IMG/VR virus record: IMGVR_UViG_3300022925_000006
DNA length: 64,000 nt
Direction: 5' to 3' (one strand)
Source: a virus
Shown: positions 54,134 to 63,746 of the stretch, piece after piece
How positions within the stretch are numbered: the stretch's first letter is position 1
How the letters are laid out: every line of letters begins with the position of its first letter
Made by a program: the position numbers and the translations under genes
Notes under the pieces: generated by a model
What the model was told of the DNA's origin: nothing
Databases searched by the model: none
What the model saw: only the letters and a program-made list of their open reading frames with translations

Positions 54134-54248
54134 CCGACAAGCTGATACCGTAGCCATCATTAGAACTATTTGGTGGTTGACACACATGGCAACATGTATC
54201 TTTATTATATTAAACGCAATAGCAAATCATGGTTGGAATTTATTATGA
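54075..54248 (+). CDS. Small membrane protein
   Basis: MKKWWRIWARSLGEK...AD.VAIIRT followed by a hydrophobic segment; GGAG SD before ATG at 54075. Confidence 0.6.
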   Translation: MKKWWRIWARSLGEKVGETDRQADTVAIIRTIWWLTHMATCIFIILNAIANHGWNLL

Positions 54249-54613
54249 GTTATCAAGAAGACGTAGAAAAGTTTATGGTGGTTGGTGGACATGAAGTTCC
54301 TGACCATGGTGGGATGGAGAGCGCTCAAGCAAATCTGTATATGGATTTAATTGAGGAAGAGTTTTGGGAGACCAAACAGGCATTCTTACACGGTGACCGT
54401 GTAGAAGTTGCGGACGGTCTTGCGGATATGGTGTGGGTCATCATGGGTATGGCCTCTACTCTAGATATGGATTTCAATGATATTTGGGAAGAAGTTAAAC
54501 GTTCTAACATGTCTAAGTTCCCCGATGGGGTTGCTGTTAGGGATGAGAACGGGAAGATTATGAAACCAGAAGGGTACTTCCCTCCAAACATTGCGGAGAT
54601 TCTAAATGATTAA
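54245..54613 (+). CDS. MazG-like nucleotide pyrophosphohydrolase
   Basis: LIEEE..E, EVADGLAD, EV.RSNMSK and GKIMKP. Confidence 0.85.
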   Translation: MSYQEDVEKFMVVGGHEVPDHGGMESAQANLYMDLIEEEFWETKQAFLHGDRVEVADGLADMVWVIMGMASTLDMDFNDIWEEVKRSNMSKFPDGVAVRDENGKIMKPEGYFPPNIAEILND

Positions 54614-54806
54614 GTATCTACGTAATAATGACAAGATTAAAGATTGTCTAACAACAGACGAGCTTGGTAACCGAGTACATAAAGGTGACGGTTCATATGT
54701 TATTGTTGTTCCTGAAACAAAAGAACCCATTAACCATCAACCCATTGCACTAACTAAAGTCAATAATGAGTGGGTGCCAAAGCAGATGGAGTTAGATTTT
54801 GGATAA
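54606..54806 (+). CDS. Hypothetical protein
   Basis: 66 aa, GGAG SD, C-terminal QMELDF. Confidence 0.55.
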   Translation: MIKYLRNNDKIKDCLTTDELGNRVHKGDGSYVIVVPETKEPINHQPIALTKVNNEWVPKQMELDFG

Positions 54807-55278
54807 GTGGGATATTGCACATATGCAAGTCGCAGAGATTTATGCAAAGTTGTCTTCTGCGATACGTATGAAAGTTGGTGCTGTTATTGTAAAAGATAAC
54901 CGAATTATCTCCATTGGATATAATGGTATGCCTAGTGGTTGGGATAATAATTGCGAATATAGAACTTGGAAAACCCTTTCAAAGGGGGCATCCTATCTTA
55001 CTAAAGAACTAAAAACTAAAGACGAGGTGTTACATGCGGAAACGAATGCAATTGCAAAGGTTGCGAAGTCAACAGAGTCGGCGGAGGATGCAGTTCTCTA
55101 CTCAACGTGCGCCCCATGCCTCGACTGCGCCAAACTCATCCACCAATCGGGAATCTCAAGAGTTGTCTATGGACACAACTATAAATCAGACGAAGGGTTG
55201 ACTTTTCTTGAGAAGTGTGGTATTATAATCGACACCGAAAACAAACCCGACCCTGACGATTTACCTTGGAGCATTTAG
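54799..55278 (+). CDS. cd: dCMP deaminase
   Basis: VGAVIVKD.RIISIGYNG, HAE and PCLDC zinc motifs. Confidence 0.9.
   Translation: MDKWDIAHMQVAEIYAKLSSAIRMKVGAVIVKDNRIISIGYNGMPSGWDNNCEYRTWKTLSKGASYLTKELKTKDEVLHAETNAIAKVAKSTESAEDAVLYSTCAPCLDCAKLIHQSGISRVVYGHNYKSDEGLTFLEKCGIIIDTENKPDPDDLPWSI
55198..55226 (+). promoter_or_regulatory. sigma70-type promoter for gp62-regA, inside the upstream gene
   Basis: TTGACT-17 nt-TATTAT with TGn extension. Confidence 0.55.
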
Positions 55279-55655
55279 TGAATCCTTTTAATTATGTAAA
55301 CAGTATCAACCTATCCAAAAAAGACATCATGGTAACTCCTGATGACGAGAAGGCCTATAACTCCTTTATGGTTAATCGTTCTCTATCTTACTTTTCCGAT
55401 ACGGTTGTTATTGCAAATGAGATGAATAAGTATCACCACCTAGACTCACGTCTACAATATCAGTTTCTTATAAATATAGTTAGGAAACGAAAACGTTTCT
55501 CCAAGTGGGTAAAACCTGAATTAGAAAATGACCTTGAGTCGGTGAAAGAATATTATGGATATAGTAATGAAAAAGCACGGCAAATCCTGCCACTTCTCTC
55601 GCCTTCTCAAAGAAAAGAAATAAAAGAAAAGGTGAACAAAGGTGGAAGAAAATAA
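55278..55655 (+). CDS. gp62: Clamp loader small subunit gp62
   Basis: FMVNRSLSYF.D, ANEMN, RKRKRFSKW and KEYYGYS.EKA; GTG start at 55278. Confidence 0.9.
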   Translation: MNPFNYVNSINLSKKDIMVTPDDEKAYNSFMVNRSLSYFSDTVVIANEMNKYHHLDSRLQYQFLINIVRKRKRFSKWVKPELENDLESVKEYYGYSNEKARQILPLLSPSQRKEIKEKVNKGGRK

Positions 55656-56052
55656 CTTAATATCATGGAGTCCTGTGCAAATGCTAGAGATTACTCTAGC
55701 TGAACCCGATGACTTCCTCAAAGTGCGTGAGACCCTAACTCGTATAGGTGTTGCATCACGCAAAGAACAAAAACTATTCCAATCATGTCATATCTTGCAT
55801 AAACAAGGACGCTACTATATTGTCCATTTCAAAGAGTTGTTTATGTTGGATGGTAAGAAATCCAACCTAGAAGACAGTGATATTGCACGTAGAAATACTA
55901 TAGCAACATTGTTATCCGACTGGGGACTGGTTGAGATTCAAAACAAAGAGGTGTGTGTTGATTGTGCGCCTTTACGACAAATTAAGATTATTGGCTATAA
56001 AGACAAGGATGAGTGGGAACTCTGTCCCAAGTATAATATCGGAAACAAATGA
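55642..56052 (+). CDS. regA: Translational repressor RegA
   Basis: DDFLKVRETLTRIG and QSCHILHKQGRYYIVHFKELF. Confidence 0.96.
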   Translation: MEENNLISWSPVQMLEITLAEPDDFLKVRETLTRIGVASRKEQKLFQSCHILHKQGRYYIVHFKELFMLDGKKSNLEDSDIARRNTIATLLSDWGLVEIQNKEVCVDCAPLRQIKIIGYKDKDEWELCPKYNIGNK

Positions 56053-56612
56053 TTGGATTTGCGGAACGTTTAGAGGATATTCGTAATAAGAAATATTGGT
56101 GGACAACCATAGATATTAGTTATGGTTGGCCAGAAATCATGCATCTTATTGATACACATCCTCAAGAAATGTATGACTGGAATCGTGAGAAACAACGACT
56201 CGGTCTAAACTCATTTCATAGAAGACCTTCTGCTCCTCAATTTACAAAAGATATTGTAAAGGAAATGGAAACGTTTTTTGTAGAACCCGCTCCAAAGAAA
56301 GACACGTATGAAAAGGGACATCCCCAAATCACGAACATTGCGTTTGTTGGTTTTGGTCAGTTCTCTGGTTCATACCCAAGACATAAAGACAGTATGGATG
56401 TCTTCTTGGTTCAAGTAATCGGTGAATGTAAGATAACTATCGGTGAAGATGAAGAACCAAGGAACAGCGATGAAACAAAGGTCATGAAGCCAGGCGATTG
56501 TGTTTTCATACCAAGAGGTACATGGCATCATCTTGAACCATCTGTATCAAGGGTGACATTCTCATTCGGGTTTGAAAGCGACCCTGACTGTGACCCAAAA
56601 ACTTTTATATAA
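56049..56612 (+). CDS. JmjC/cupin 2OG-Fe(II) oxygenase
   Basis: HKD..DVFLVQ.IG...PGDCVFIPRGTWH...RVTFSF. Confidence 0.8.
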   Translation: MIGFAERLEDIRNKKYWWTTIDISYGWPEIMHLIDTHPQEMYDWNREKQRLGLNSFHRRPSAPQFTKDIVKEMETFFVEPAPKKDTYEKGHPQITNIAFVGFGQFSGSYPRHKDSMDVFLVQVIGECKITIGEDEEPRNSDETKVMKPGDCVFIPRGTWHHLEPSVSRVTFSFGFESDPDCDPKTFI

Positions 56613-56614
56613 GG

Positions 56615-56642
56615 CTTGAATTAAAGAAATTAATCCTTATAT
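56615..56642 (+). promoter_or_regulatory. sigma32 (RpoH)-like promoter of hsp20
   Basis: CTTGAA-14 nt-CCTTATAT. Confidence 0.55.
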
Positions 56643-56650
56643 ATAGTAGT

Positions 56651-56735
56651 GTGAGAATTGTTCTCACATACGTGAATGCCGTTAATCGGGTTCACGTCCA
56701 TCTTGCTAAATTAATATAGGAGATAAAGCAACATG
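56651..56735 (+). promoter_or_regulatory. ROSE-like RNA thermometer in the hsp20 5' UTR
   Basis: Two upstream hairpins, then TCTTGCT...AGGAGA: a UUGCU motif opposite the SD. Confidence 0.6.
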
Positions 56736-57149
56736 ACAAATCTAAAAGTAGGTAAATCACTTTTCCCACGTTCAGCATTCATTGGTTTCGACCATTTATT
56801 TAACGAACTGGAATACGCAACCAAACACGCTAACGACCATTACCCACCTCACAATATTGTGAAACTGGGTGAAGACGAGTTCGTTATCGAAGTAGCCGTT
56901 GCGGGATTCACACAGGACGAAATAAGTGTTGAACAAAAAGAACGCTCGTTAACCATTAGTGGTACACACGAATCTAGAGACCGTGAAATTATTCACAGAG
57001 GTATCTCTACAAAAGCGTTCAGGAGACACTTCAGACTTTCTGAGTATGTTCTAGTAACTGGTGCTTCACTAAAAGACGGTATCCTTGCAGTCACATTGAA
57101 GACGGAAATCCCAAAAGAGAAGCAGCCTCGTACAATTAAAATCACTTAA
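56733..57149 (+). CDS. hsp20: Small heat-shock protein Hsp20 (IbpA-like)
   Basis: IGFDHLF, YPPHNI, IEVAVAGF, HRGIS..F.R.F and DGIL. Confidence 0.95.
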   Translation: MTNLKVGKSLFPRSAFIGFDHLFNELEYATKHANDHYPPHNIVKLGEDEFVIEVAVAGFTQDEISVEQKERSLTISGTHESRDREIIHRGISTKAFRRHFRLSEYVLVTGASLKDGILAVTLKTEIPKEKQPRTIKIT

Positions 57150-57164
57150 TTGCGAGGAAATAAA

Positions 57165-57248
57165 ATGACAACCGATGCTAAGTTAGAGTTCGGGTTGTTT
57201 GCAGGCACCATCTGGATGATGGTAATTGCACTACAACCACTGCTCTAA
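57165..57248 (+). CDS. Small single-TM peptide (27 aa, not in the ORF track)
   Basis: MTTDAKLEFGLFAGTIWMMVIALQPLL; GAGGA SD; followed by a GC hairpin at ~57256-57277. Confidence 0.55.
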   Translation: MTTDAKLEFGLFAGTIWMMVIALQPLL

Positions 57249-57287
57249 AAGTTATGGGGGGCGGGAAACTGTCCCCTATATATTGTT

Positions 57288-58034
57288 ATGAAAGCATACA
57301 TGATTGCAGACCTAAACAATCCAACCTCTGTGAGATACACGGAGATTGCATTAGAATCTTGGTCAAAACAAAATATCCTTGACATTGAAGTCATTCAGTG
57401 TTATACTCCCGATACAATATCAGAATTAGAACCTCTCTATAACTGGCGGCCGTTACAACACCACCTACAAGTAGATGCGAAACTTATGGCTTCACCAAGT
57501 GAAAGGGCGGGTGATATATCTCATTGGCAACTCATCAAGAAACGAGCAGAGAGTAGTTCAAGGTTCTATGTAATGGAACACGATTCATATCTATTAGATG
57601 TGGACGAGTTCAAGAGACAGTTTGACTTTACTATGGAACATGGGTTATCATATGCAAATCATGGTCTGTTCATGTCTTGTTATTCTTTCTCACGACCAGC
57701 TGCCATCTTTATGAATGACTTGTTAGTAAACCAAGCGTTCCCATTGAATGGTGGCCCATATGGATGTGTGGAGAGACTGGTAAAAACATATTTGTCAAAC
57801 AATAGAAAGGACTGGGGACGATATACGTGGATGTCCCATGACCCAAATGGAAATGTCAATATCGGACAAACCAGCGAAGAACTATTTAATACATATAATT
57901 TTCCAGTGAGGAATGCACCATTTAAACTGGCGTCCACTCAAGTTATATCAAAGTCTTGGGGTATTACTCAAGACCACCGAAAAGCAAACGAACTTTTATG
58001 GGAAAGACACAAAGATTTTAAAGTTATTGATTGA
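57288..58034 (+). CDS. Glycosyltransferase, GT25-like
   Basis: MKAYMI...SE....ISHWQL...FYVMEHD pattern. Confidence 0.6.
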   Translation: MKAYMIADLNNPTSVRYTEIALESWSKQNILDIEVIQCYTPDTISELEPLYNWRPLQHHLQVDAKLMASPSERAGDISHWQLIKKRAESSSRFYVMEHDSYLLDVDEFKRQFDFTMEHGLSYANHGLFMSCYSFSRPAAIFMNDLLVNQAFPLNGGPYGCVERLVKTYLSNNRKDWGRYTWMSHDPNGNVNIGQTSEELFNTYNFPVRNAPFKLASTQVISKSWGITQDHRKANELLWERHKDFKVID

Positions 58035-58059
58035 CTTTCTCTGTTCACTGGTGTATAAT
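58031..58059 (+). promoter_or_regulatory. sigma70-type promoter for gp43
   Basis: TTGACT-17 nt-TATAAT. Confidence 0.75.
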
Positions 58060-58083
58060 GAACATTAAATCATGAGGTAAACT

Positions 58084-60570
58084 ATGAAATTCTATACGTC
58101 TGTAGAAAGATTCGGTAACTCCATATTCTATCGGGGATACCAAGACGGAGAACGTGTTAAGAAACGTGTTCCGTTTAAACCAACATTATATGTGTCATCA
58201 CAAACACCATCTAAGGGTACACTGTCCCCTTGGAAGACCCTTGATGGTAAGGCAGTTGCCCCCATTGAGTTTGACTCTATGCGGGATGCCACCGACTTCA
58301 TCAAGCAGTATCAACATGTTCCTACCATGAAAGTATATGGTATGAATAACTTCATCAACCAATACATCACCGAACAATTCCCCCGTGATATCACCTTCAA
58401 TCGTGACCAGATTGTCGTATCGACTATCGACATCGAGGTTGCTTCGGATGAGGGATTTCCTGAACCTGATAAGGCAGATTATCCTATCATCTCTATCTGC
58501 ACAAAATCCAGTAAGGAAGACTTCTTCCGTGTCTGGGGCCTGGGTGATTATAATCCTTCCGAGAATACAATCTATAATAAATGTGACACAGAGTTGCAAC
58601 TGATTGAGTCCTTCCTCGGTTACTGGCAGAATCATGGTTCGCCTGATGTAGTTACTGGTTGGAATACGAAGGGGTTTGATATTCCCTACCTTGTTAACAG
58701 AACAAGAAAAGTTATCGGTGAAGAGTCGGTCAAACGATTCTCTCCGTGGGGTGTGGTCAATGCACGTAAAGTTCGTGCAAACAAGTTTGGTATGAACGAA
58801 ACCGAGACCTATGACATTATGGGTATCGCACAACTAGATTACTATGACCTATTCAAGAAGTTTACCTACAACACTCTAGGTCAACAAGAGTCTTATCGAC
58901 TCGACCATATCGCAAATGTTGTTCTGGGTGAACGCAAACTATCTTATGAAGAACACGGTAACCTACACACACTCTATAAAAATGACTATCAGAAGTTTAT
59001 TGACTACAACATCAAAGACGTTGAACTTGTTGATAAACTAGAAGAGAAGTTGGGTATCCTGACTCTTGCTATGACTATGGCTTATCGTGGTGGTGTGAAC
59101 TATGAAGATGTTCTGGGTACTACCGCAATTTGGGATAGTATCATCTATCGCCTTTTGTATAATCAACAAACCGTAGTTCCCCCAAAGATTGAGAAACCCA
59201 AAGGTGACTATGCTGGTGGTTATGTGAAAGAACCACAAGTCGGTTCCCATGAATGGGTTACCTCGTTCGACCTGAACTCCCTGTATCCTATGATTATTGT
59301 TCAATACAATATGTCGCCCGAAACTGTGGTTGATGGTCTGGTGCATACTTCGGTAGAACATATGTTACGTGGTGTGACTGAGACTGACCCTAACTATGCT
59401 CTTGCACCAAGCGGTGTTCGTTTCAGTAAAGATAGAGAAGGTATCATTCCTAGTGTGATTCGACAGTACTATAGTGAACGTAGACAAATTAAGAAGGCGA
59501 TGTTGGAAGCGCAACAAGAATATGAACAGACTCCCACCAAGGCCTTGTCTAATAAGATTGCGACCCTAGACAACCAACAAATGTCCATCAAGATTCTTAT
59601 GAACAGTCTCTATGGTGCATTGGGTAATCGATGGTTCAGATACTTTGACCAACGGGTTGCTGAGTCTATTACTCTTGCGGGTCAGTTGTCAATCAAATGG
59701 GCAGAACGAACAGTCAACAGAGAGATGAACAAACTTCTCTCGTCAGACGATGTTGACTACGTTATTGCGATTGACACTGACTCTCTTTATATTAACATGG
59801 GTGAACTAGTCAAGAAGTTTAACCCCAAAGACCCCGTGAAGTTTCTTGATAAGATTTCTTCGGAACACTTCGAAGACGTTCTAAAGAAAACCTACCAAGA
59901 CCTTGCTGACTATACTAATGCATATGTGAATCGTATGGAGATGGGTCGTGAGGTGATTGCTGACCGTGGTATCTGGGTTGCAAAGAAACGATACATCTTG
60001 AATGTCCACAACTCTGAGGGTGTTCAGTATGCAGAACCAAAACTCAAGATGATGGGTATCGAAGCTATTAAGTCATCCACTCCCATGGTTGTGCGTGATA
60101 AGATGAAGGAGATGTTCCGCATACTGGTGAAGGGTACTGAGACTGAGACGCAATCGTTCATTACTAAATTCCGTAATGAATTCTCTTCCCTACCTGCCGA
60201 AGATATCTCGTTCCCTCGTGGAGTGAGTGATGTTAAGAAGTGGGCAGACCGTAAGGTTATTTACAAGAAGGGTACGCCCATTCATGTGCGTGGTGCGTTA
60301 TTATACAATCACTACACCAAAGACATCTCTCGTTATGAAACCATCAAAAATGGTGAGAAGGTGAAGTTTGTCTATCTCAAGACACCCAATCCTATCAAAG
60401 AAAACATTATTTCATATCCTGTTAACTTGCCTCGTGAACTTGCGTTGGATAGATATGTGGACTATGACAAGATGTTCTCCAAGACCTTTCTTGACCCCCT
60501 AGAACCTATATTGACTGCGGTTGGTTGGTCAGCTGAACCTCAAGCATCGTTAGAGGATTTCTTCGGATAG
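58084..60570 (+). CDS. gp43: Family B DNA polymerase gp43
   Basis: DIE exonuclease motif, [23 protein letters not shown] and C-terminal SLEDFF clamp-binding motif. Confidence 0.97.
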   Translation: MKFYTSVERFGNSIFYRGYQDGERVKKRVPFKPTLYVSSQTPSKGTLSPWKTLDGKAVAPIEFDSMRDATDFIKQYQHVPTMKVYGMNNFINQYITEQFPRDITFNRDQIVVSTIDIEVASDEGFPEPDKADYPIISICTKSSKEDFFRVWGLGDYNPSENTIYNKCDTELQLIESFLGYWQNHGSPDVVTGWNTKGFDIPYLVNRTRKVIGEESVKRFSPWGVVNARKVRANKFGMNETETYDIMGIAQLDYYDLFKKFTYNTLGQQESYRLDHIANVVLGERKLSYEEHGNLHTLYKNDYQKFIDYNIKDVELVDKLEEKLGILTLAMTMAYRGGVNYEDVLGTTAIWDSIIYRLLYNQQTVVPPKIEKPKGDYAGGYVKEPQVGSHEWVTSFDLNSLYPMIIVQYNMSPETVVDGLVHTSVEHMLRGVTETDPNYALAPSGVRFSKDREGIIPSVIRQYYSERRQIKKAMLEAQQEYEQTPTKALSNKIATLDNQQMSIKILMNSLYGALGNRWFRYFDQRVAESITLAGQLSIKWAERTVNREMNKLLSSDDVDYVIAIDTDSLYINMGELVKKFNPKDPVKFLDKISSEHFEDVLKKTYQDLADYTNAYVNRMEMGREVIADRGIWVAKKRYILNVHNSEGVQYAEPKLKMMGIEAIKSSTPMVVRDKMKEMFRILVKGTETETQSFITKFRNEFSSLPAEDISFPRGVSDVKKWADRKVIYKKGTPIHVRGALLYNHYTKDISRYETIKNGEKVKFVYLKTPNPIKENIISYPVNLPRELALDRYVDYDKMFSKTFLDPLEPILTAVGWSAEPQASLEDFFG

Positions 60571-60573
60571 TGC

Positions 60574-60602
60574 TTGACTTTTAAAGGACGTTATGTTATT
60601 AT
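60574..60602 (+). promoter_or_regulatory. sigma70-type promoter
   Basis: TTGACT-17 nt-TATTAT; implies the true start of the next gene is ATG at 60610. Confidence 0.65.
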
Positions 60603-60609
60603 ATACACA

Positions 60610-61566
60610 ATGAAATATTCTCTTACAATATTCAAGAACACGTTTGACAACCAGACCCATCGGCGTATGGTCTTCGAGTCGTGGACTGAGTTTGAAAAGT
60701 TATTATATGATTTATCCAATAGGGAGGGTAGAAAAGGTGGTAGAGATAGTAGTCCTCTTATCAGTCCTGCTAGTTACTACGATGTTACTACTAGGTCTAA
60801 TAAAAATGTTTCTTCGTGGGGTGGTTGGGCTTGTCTTGACGTTGATGATTATGTTGTACATAGTGATACCACTCGCAGTCCTGTTGAGTGCTTAAAACAA
60901 CAACTACAGGAAAGGTATGGTCGATTCTACTATGTGTGTTACAATACCGCATCATCTAAGACTGAACAACCTAAGTTTAGATTAGTGTTCCCATTGACCC
61001 GAAAGGTGGATAGAAAAGACTTACCACACTTCTGGTTCTCTATGAACAAACAATTTGATGGATTGGGAGATAAACAGACAAAAGATTTGTCACGGATGTA
61101 TTATGTCCCCGCACAATATCCTGACGCATATAGTTTCATATTTACCAACGAGGGTGTACATCTTGACCCTGATATGTTGATGGACAAGTATTCGTTTGTT
61201 GAACCGCAGGGCAGAACCTTTATGGATAGGTTACCACCTGAGTTACAGAAAGCGGTGATGGAACATCGTAAGAATTCACTAGACAATACTGATATTACTT
61301 GGACATCGTATCGTGACTGTCCGTTCTTCCCAAGAAAGTTGGAGAACGAATATCGTGCGATTACTAACACTGGGTGGTATCATAAAATGTATCAGATTAT
61401 GATTGCGGTGGCTGGTAACGCAATCTCAAAAGGTTATCCCATTTCCTCATCTCAGATTGCACAGATGTGTTCTGAGTTGGACTTGGAAACTGGTAACTGG
61501 TATGAAAACCGACCACTTAATAAAGAGGCAGACAGAGCATTGGAGTACATATATCGTAATGGTTAA
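60610..61566 (+). CDS. AEP-superfamily primase/polymerase-like protein
   Basis: ACLDVDD (DxD), YNTASS, KFRLVFPL and D..TKD.SRMYY.P motifs; helical C-terminal domain. Confidence 0.6.
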   Translation: MKYSLTIFKNTFDNQTHRRMVFESWTEFEKLLYDLSNREGRKGGRDSSPLISPASYYDVTTRSNKNVSSWGGWACLDVDDYVVHSDTTRSPVECLKQQLQERYGRFYYVCYNTASSKTEQPKFRLVFPLTRKVDRKDLPHFWFSMNKQFDGLGDKQTKDLSRMYYVPAQYPDAYSFIFTNEGVHLDPDMLMDKYSFVEPQGRTFMDRLPPELQKAVMEHRKNSLDNTDITWTSYRDCPFFPRKLENEYRAITNTGWYHKMYQIMIAVAGNAISKGYPISSSQIAQMCSELDLETGNWYENRPLNKEADRALEYIYRNG

Positions 61567-61825
61567 GAAATGGGAAGTAGTACAGGGACGTAAGTCCGAG
61601 AAAGATAAGATACTTTTGTATCAAGGTCAAGCAGTTGCATTTCGTGATGTTGCAATGATGTGTATCTTCTTTATGGAAAATGAAGACAATTTGTATCCGC
61701 CCTCTCATGGGTTGAAGGGAGCAGAGATGTTTAAGGACTATATAAAAGAAGTATTAGAGACAAGATGTGTACCTACAGATAGTAAGTACGCTATCAAAAA
61801 GAATCACGGTGTGGTGAAAGTATGA
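61559..61825 (+). CDS. Hypothetical protein
   Basis: ATG at 61559 with GGAG SD; fills the gap before the epimerase. Confidence 0.6.
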   Translation: MVKKWEVVQGRKSEKDKILLYQGQAVAFRDVAMMCIFFMENEDNLYPPSHGLKGAEMFKDYIKEVLETRCVPTDSKYAIKKNHGVVKV

Positions 61826-62760
61826 GAATTTTAATTACAGGTGCGGCTGGTTTTATCGGTAGTCACCTTGCAGATACACTATTGGATGATGGGTTTGATG
61901 TTGTTGGATTGGACAACTTTAATGATTTCTATGACCCTTTATTGAAACATGATAGAGTACAGTATTTTGGTCACCAAGTTTTTAACTGCGACCTAAAAGA
62001 CTTTGATGCTCTTGACGAAGCATTCAATAAACTGCGACCTGACATCGTTATGCATTTAGCTGCACGTGCAAATGTGCGTGACTCTTTTGGTAAGGAAGTA
62101 ATTTATCACAAAGATAATATTGATGCTACTCAGAATCTTATTGAAGTATGTAAGATGTATGATGTCGCTAAGGTTGTATATGCATCAACCAGTTCTGTAT
62201 ATGGTGGTACACCAATTCCAGCAACAGGTTGGGTAGAAGACGAAGTCACAGGACACCAGTTGAATGCATATGCATACTCAAAGTATGTCAATGAATGTCA
62301 GTTTAAAATATCTGGTCTAAACAATGTAGGTCTACGTTTCTTTACCGTATATGGGCCTTGGGGTAGACCTGACATGGCACTGTTTGATTTTACTAAGAAT
62401 ATTGTTGCGGGTAACCCTATCGAGGCATTTAACTATGGTAAGATGAAGCGTGACTTTACCTATATCGGTGATATCATTGAGGGTATTAAGATTGCAATGT
62501 TTACTAATACTAATCCGAACGAAATTTATAATATCGGTAGAGGTAGACAAGTTGAATTGATGCATTTTATTAAGTGCATAAGTAAAGAACTAGGAAGAGA
62601 GGCAGACGTGGTTCTCGCTCCTCGACATCCCGCTGATACACTAGAAACATTTAGTAACACAGCAAAAATAAGAGAACTTGGATATAAACCCAAAGTAAAC
62701 ATTGAGGTGGGTGTTGACGCATTCGTTCGATGGTACAAAGAATATTACGGAGTAAATTAA
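61822..62760 (+). CDS. NAD-dependent nucleotide-sugar epimerase (UDP-glucuronate 4-epimerase-like)
   Basis: GAAGFIG, YASTSSVYG, YAYSK (YxxxK), LRFFTVYGPWGRPDMA and RDFTYI. Confidence 0.9.
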   Translation: MRILITGAAGFIGSHLADTLLDDGFDVVGLDNFNDFYDPLLKHDRVQYFGHQVFNCDLKDFDALDEAFNKLRPDIVMHLAARANVRDSFGKEVIYHKDNIDATQNLIEVCKMYDVAKVVYASTSSVYGGTPIPATGWVEDEVTGHQLNAYAYSKYVNECQFKISGLNNVGLRFFTVYGPWGRPDMALFDFTKNIVAGNPIEAFNYGKMKRDFTYIGDIIEGIKIAMFTNTNPNEIYNIGRGRQVELMHFIKCISKELGREADVVLAPRHPADTLETFSNTAKIRELGYKPKVNIEVGVDAFVRWYKEYYGVN

Positions 62761-63746
62761 TGAGTGAAGCAGAATGGGTAGATGGTGGTGATGGATATGA
62801 ATATCCAAAGGGTTCGAGAAATGTTGACCCCAATGGAATTCCACAGGAAGTTGCCCTTAAATTAAAGATTGGTATTGTTGGACATGGATTTGTTGGTGGT
62901 GCGGTGGACTACGCATTTACCCATCCAGAAATTGAGAAGTTTTATGTTGACCCGAAATATGGGACAACTATTGATGACCTAGTTGATTGGCAACCTCATG
63001 TATCATTTATTTGTGCCCCAACACCAATGGCAGAAAGTGGATTTGTTGATGCATCAATTGTAGAAGATGCCGCTCTGAAACTATTGGAACATACCGAAGG
63101 TGGTGTTGTTGTCAAATCAACAATTACTCCAGACATTGTTGACCGTTTATATTCGTCCGTATTTGAGGATGACATCAAACGACTAACTATCAACCCTGAG
63201 TTCTTGACTGAGTCAAATGCGAAGGAACAGTTTGTTAATGCTAAATATCACGTAATCGGTGGCCACCCTGACGCATGTCAAGGTCTTGCACAGTTATATG
63301 ATGTGTATAGTTTATGTACCGCATCCGAGTATCTCTTTACGTCTGGCCCTGAGGCTGCGTTTGTGAAGTATGGTGTGAACTCATTCCTTGCAACTAAGGT
63401 AACGTTCTTCAACCAACTCTATGATGCGATTCAGAAGTTTGGTTGTAACTTCCCCACGGTTGCTAATGCGATTGGTAAGGATGAGAGAATTGGTATCGGT
63501 CATACACGTGTGCCTGGTTATGATGGTAAACGTGGTTATGGTGGTGCCTGTTTTCCCAAGGATACAAAAGCATTCACTTTGTTTGATACTGACTTGACTT
63601 TAATTGAAAAGTGTGTTACTATAAACAACAATTACAGAAATAAATATGAACTAGACGAACGTGAGGAGTCAAATAATGTCAAGTATGATGGACAAGCTGA
63701 AGAAAAACAGCAAGATAAAAACAACGGAAGTACTGTCGGAGAGTAA
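62760..63746 (+). CDS. UDP-glucose/GDP-mannose 6-dehydrogenase-like protein lacking the C-terminal domain
   Basis: GHGFVG, PTP, KST, NPEFL, KY..NSFLATKV.F.N and GYGGACFPKD; ATG at 62760. Confidence 0.88.
   Translation: MSEAEWVDGGDGYEYPKGSRNVDPNGIPQEVALKLKIGIVGHGFVGGAVDYAFTHPEIEKFYVDPKYGTTIDDLVDWQPHVSFICAPTPMAESGFVDASIVEDAALKLLEHTEGGVVVKSTITPDIVDRLYSSVFEDDIKRLTINPEFLTESNAKEQFVNAKYHVIGGHPDACQGLAQLYDVYSLCTASEYLFTSGPEAAFVKYGVNSFLATKVTFFNQLYDAIQKFGCNFPTVANAIGKDERIGIGHTRVPGYDGKRGYGGACFPKDTKAFTLFDTDLTLIEKCVTINNNYRNKYELDEREESNNVKYDGQAEEKQQDKNNGSTVGE
63594..63622 (+). promoter_or_regulatory. sigma70-type promoter for uvsX
   Basis: TTGACT-17 nt-TACTAT with TGn extension. Confidence 0.6.

Noticed and set aside
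53832-55476. TATAAATA matches at 53832, 53920 and 55469
   Set aside because: They are inside AT-rich coding sequence of early/middle genes and could be chance matches; not listed as promoters, although the one upstream of regA may be real.
29981-60570. Introns, inteins or homing endonucleases in gp17, gp20, gp23, uvsW, gp46 or gp43
   Set aside because: All these ORFs are continuous and of ordinary length, with no intein or endonuclease motifs seen.
60574-60609. TTG start of the AEP-like ORF given in the track
   Set aside because: The TTG is the -35 box of a promoter; ATG at 60610 is more plausible.
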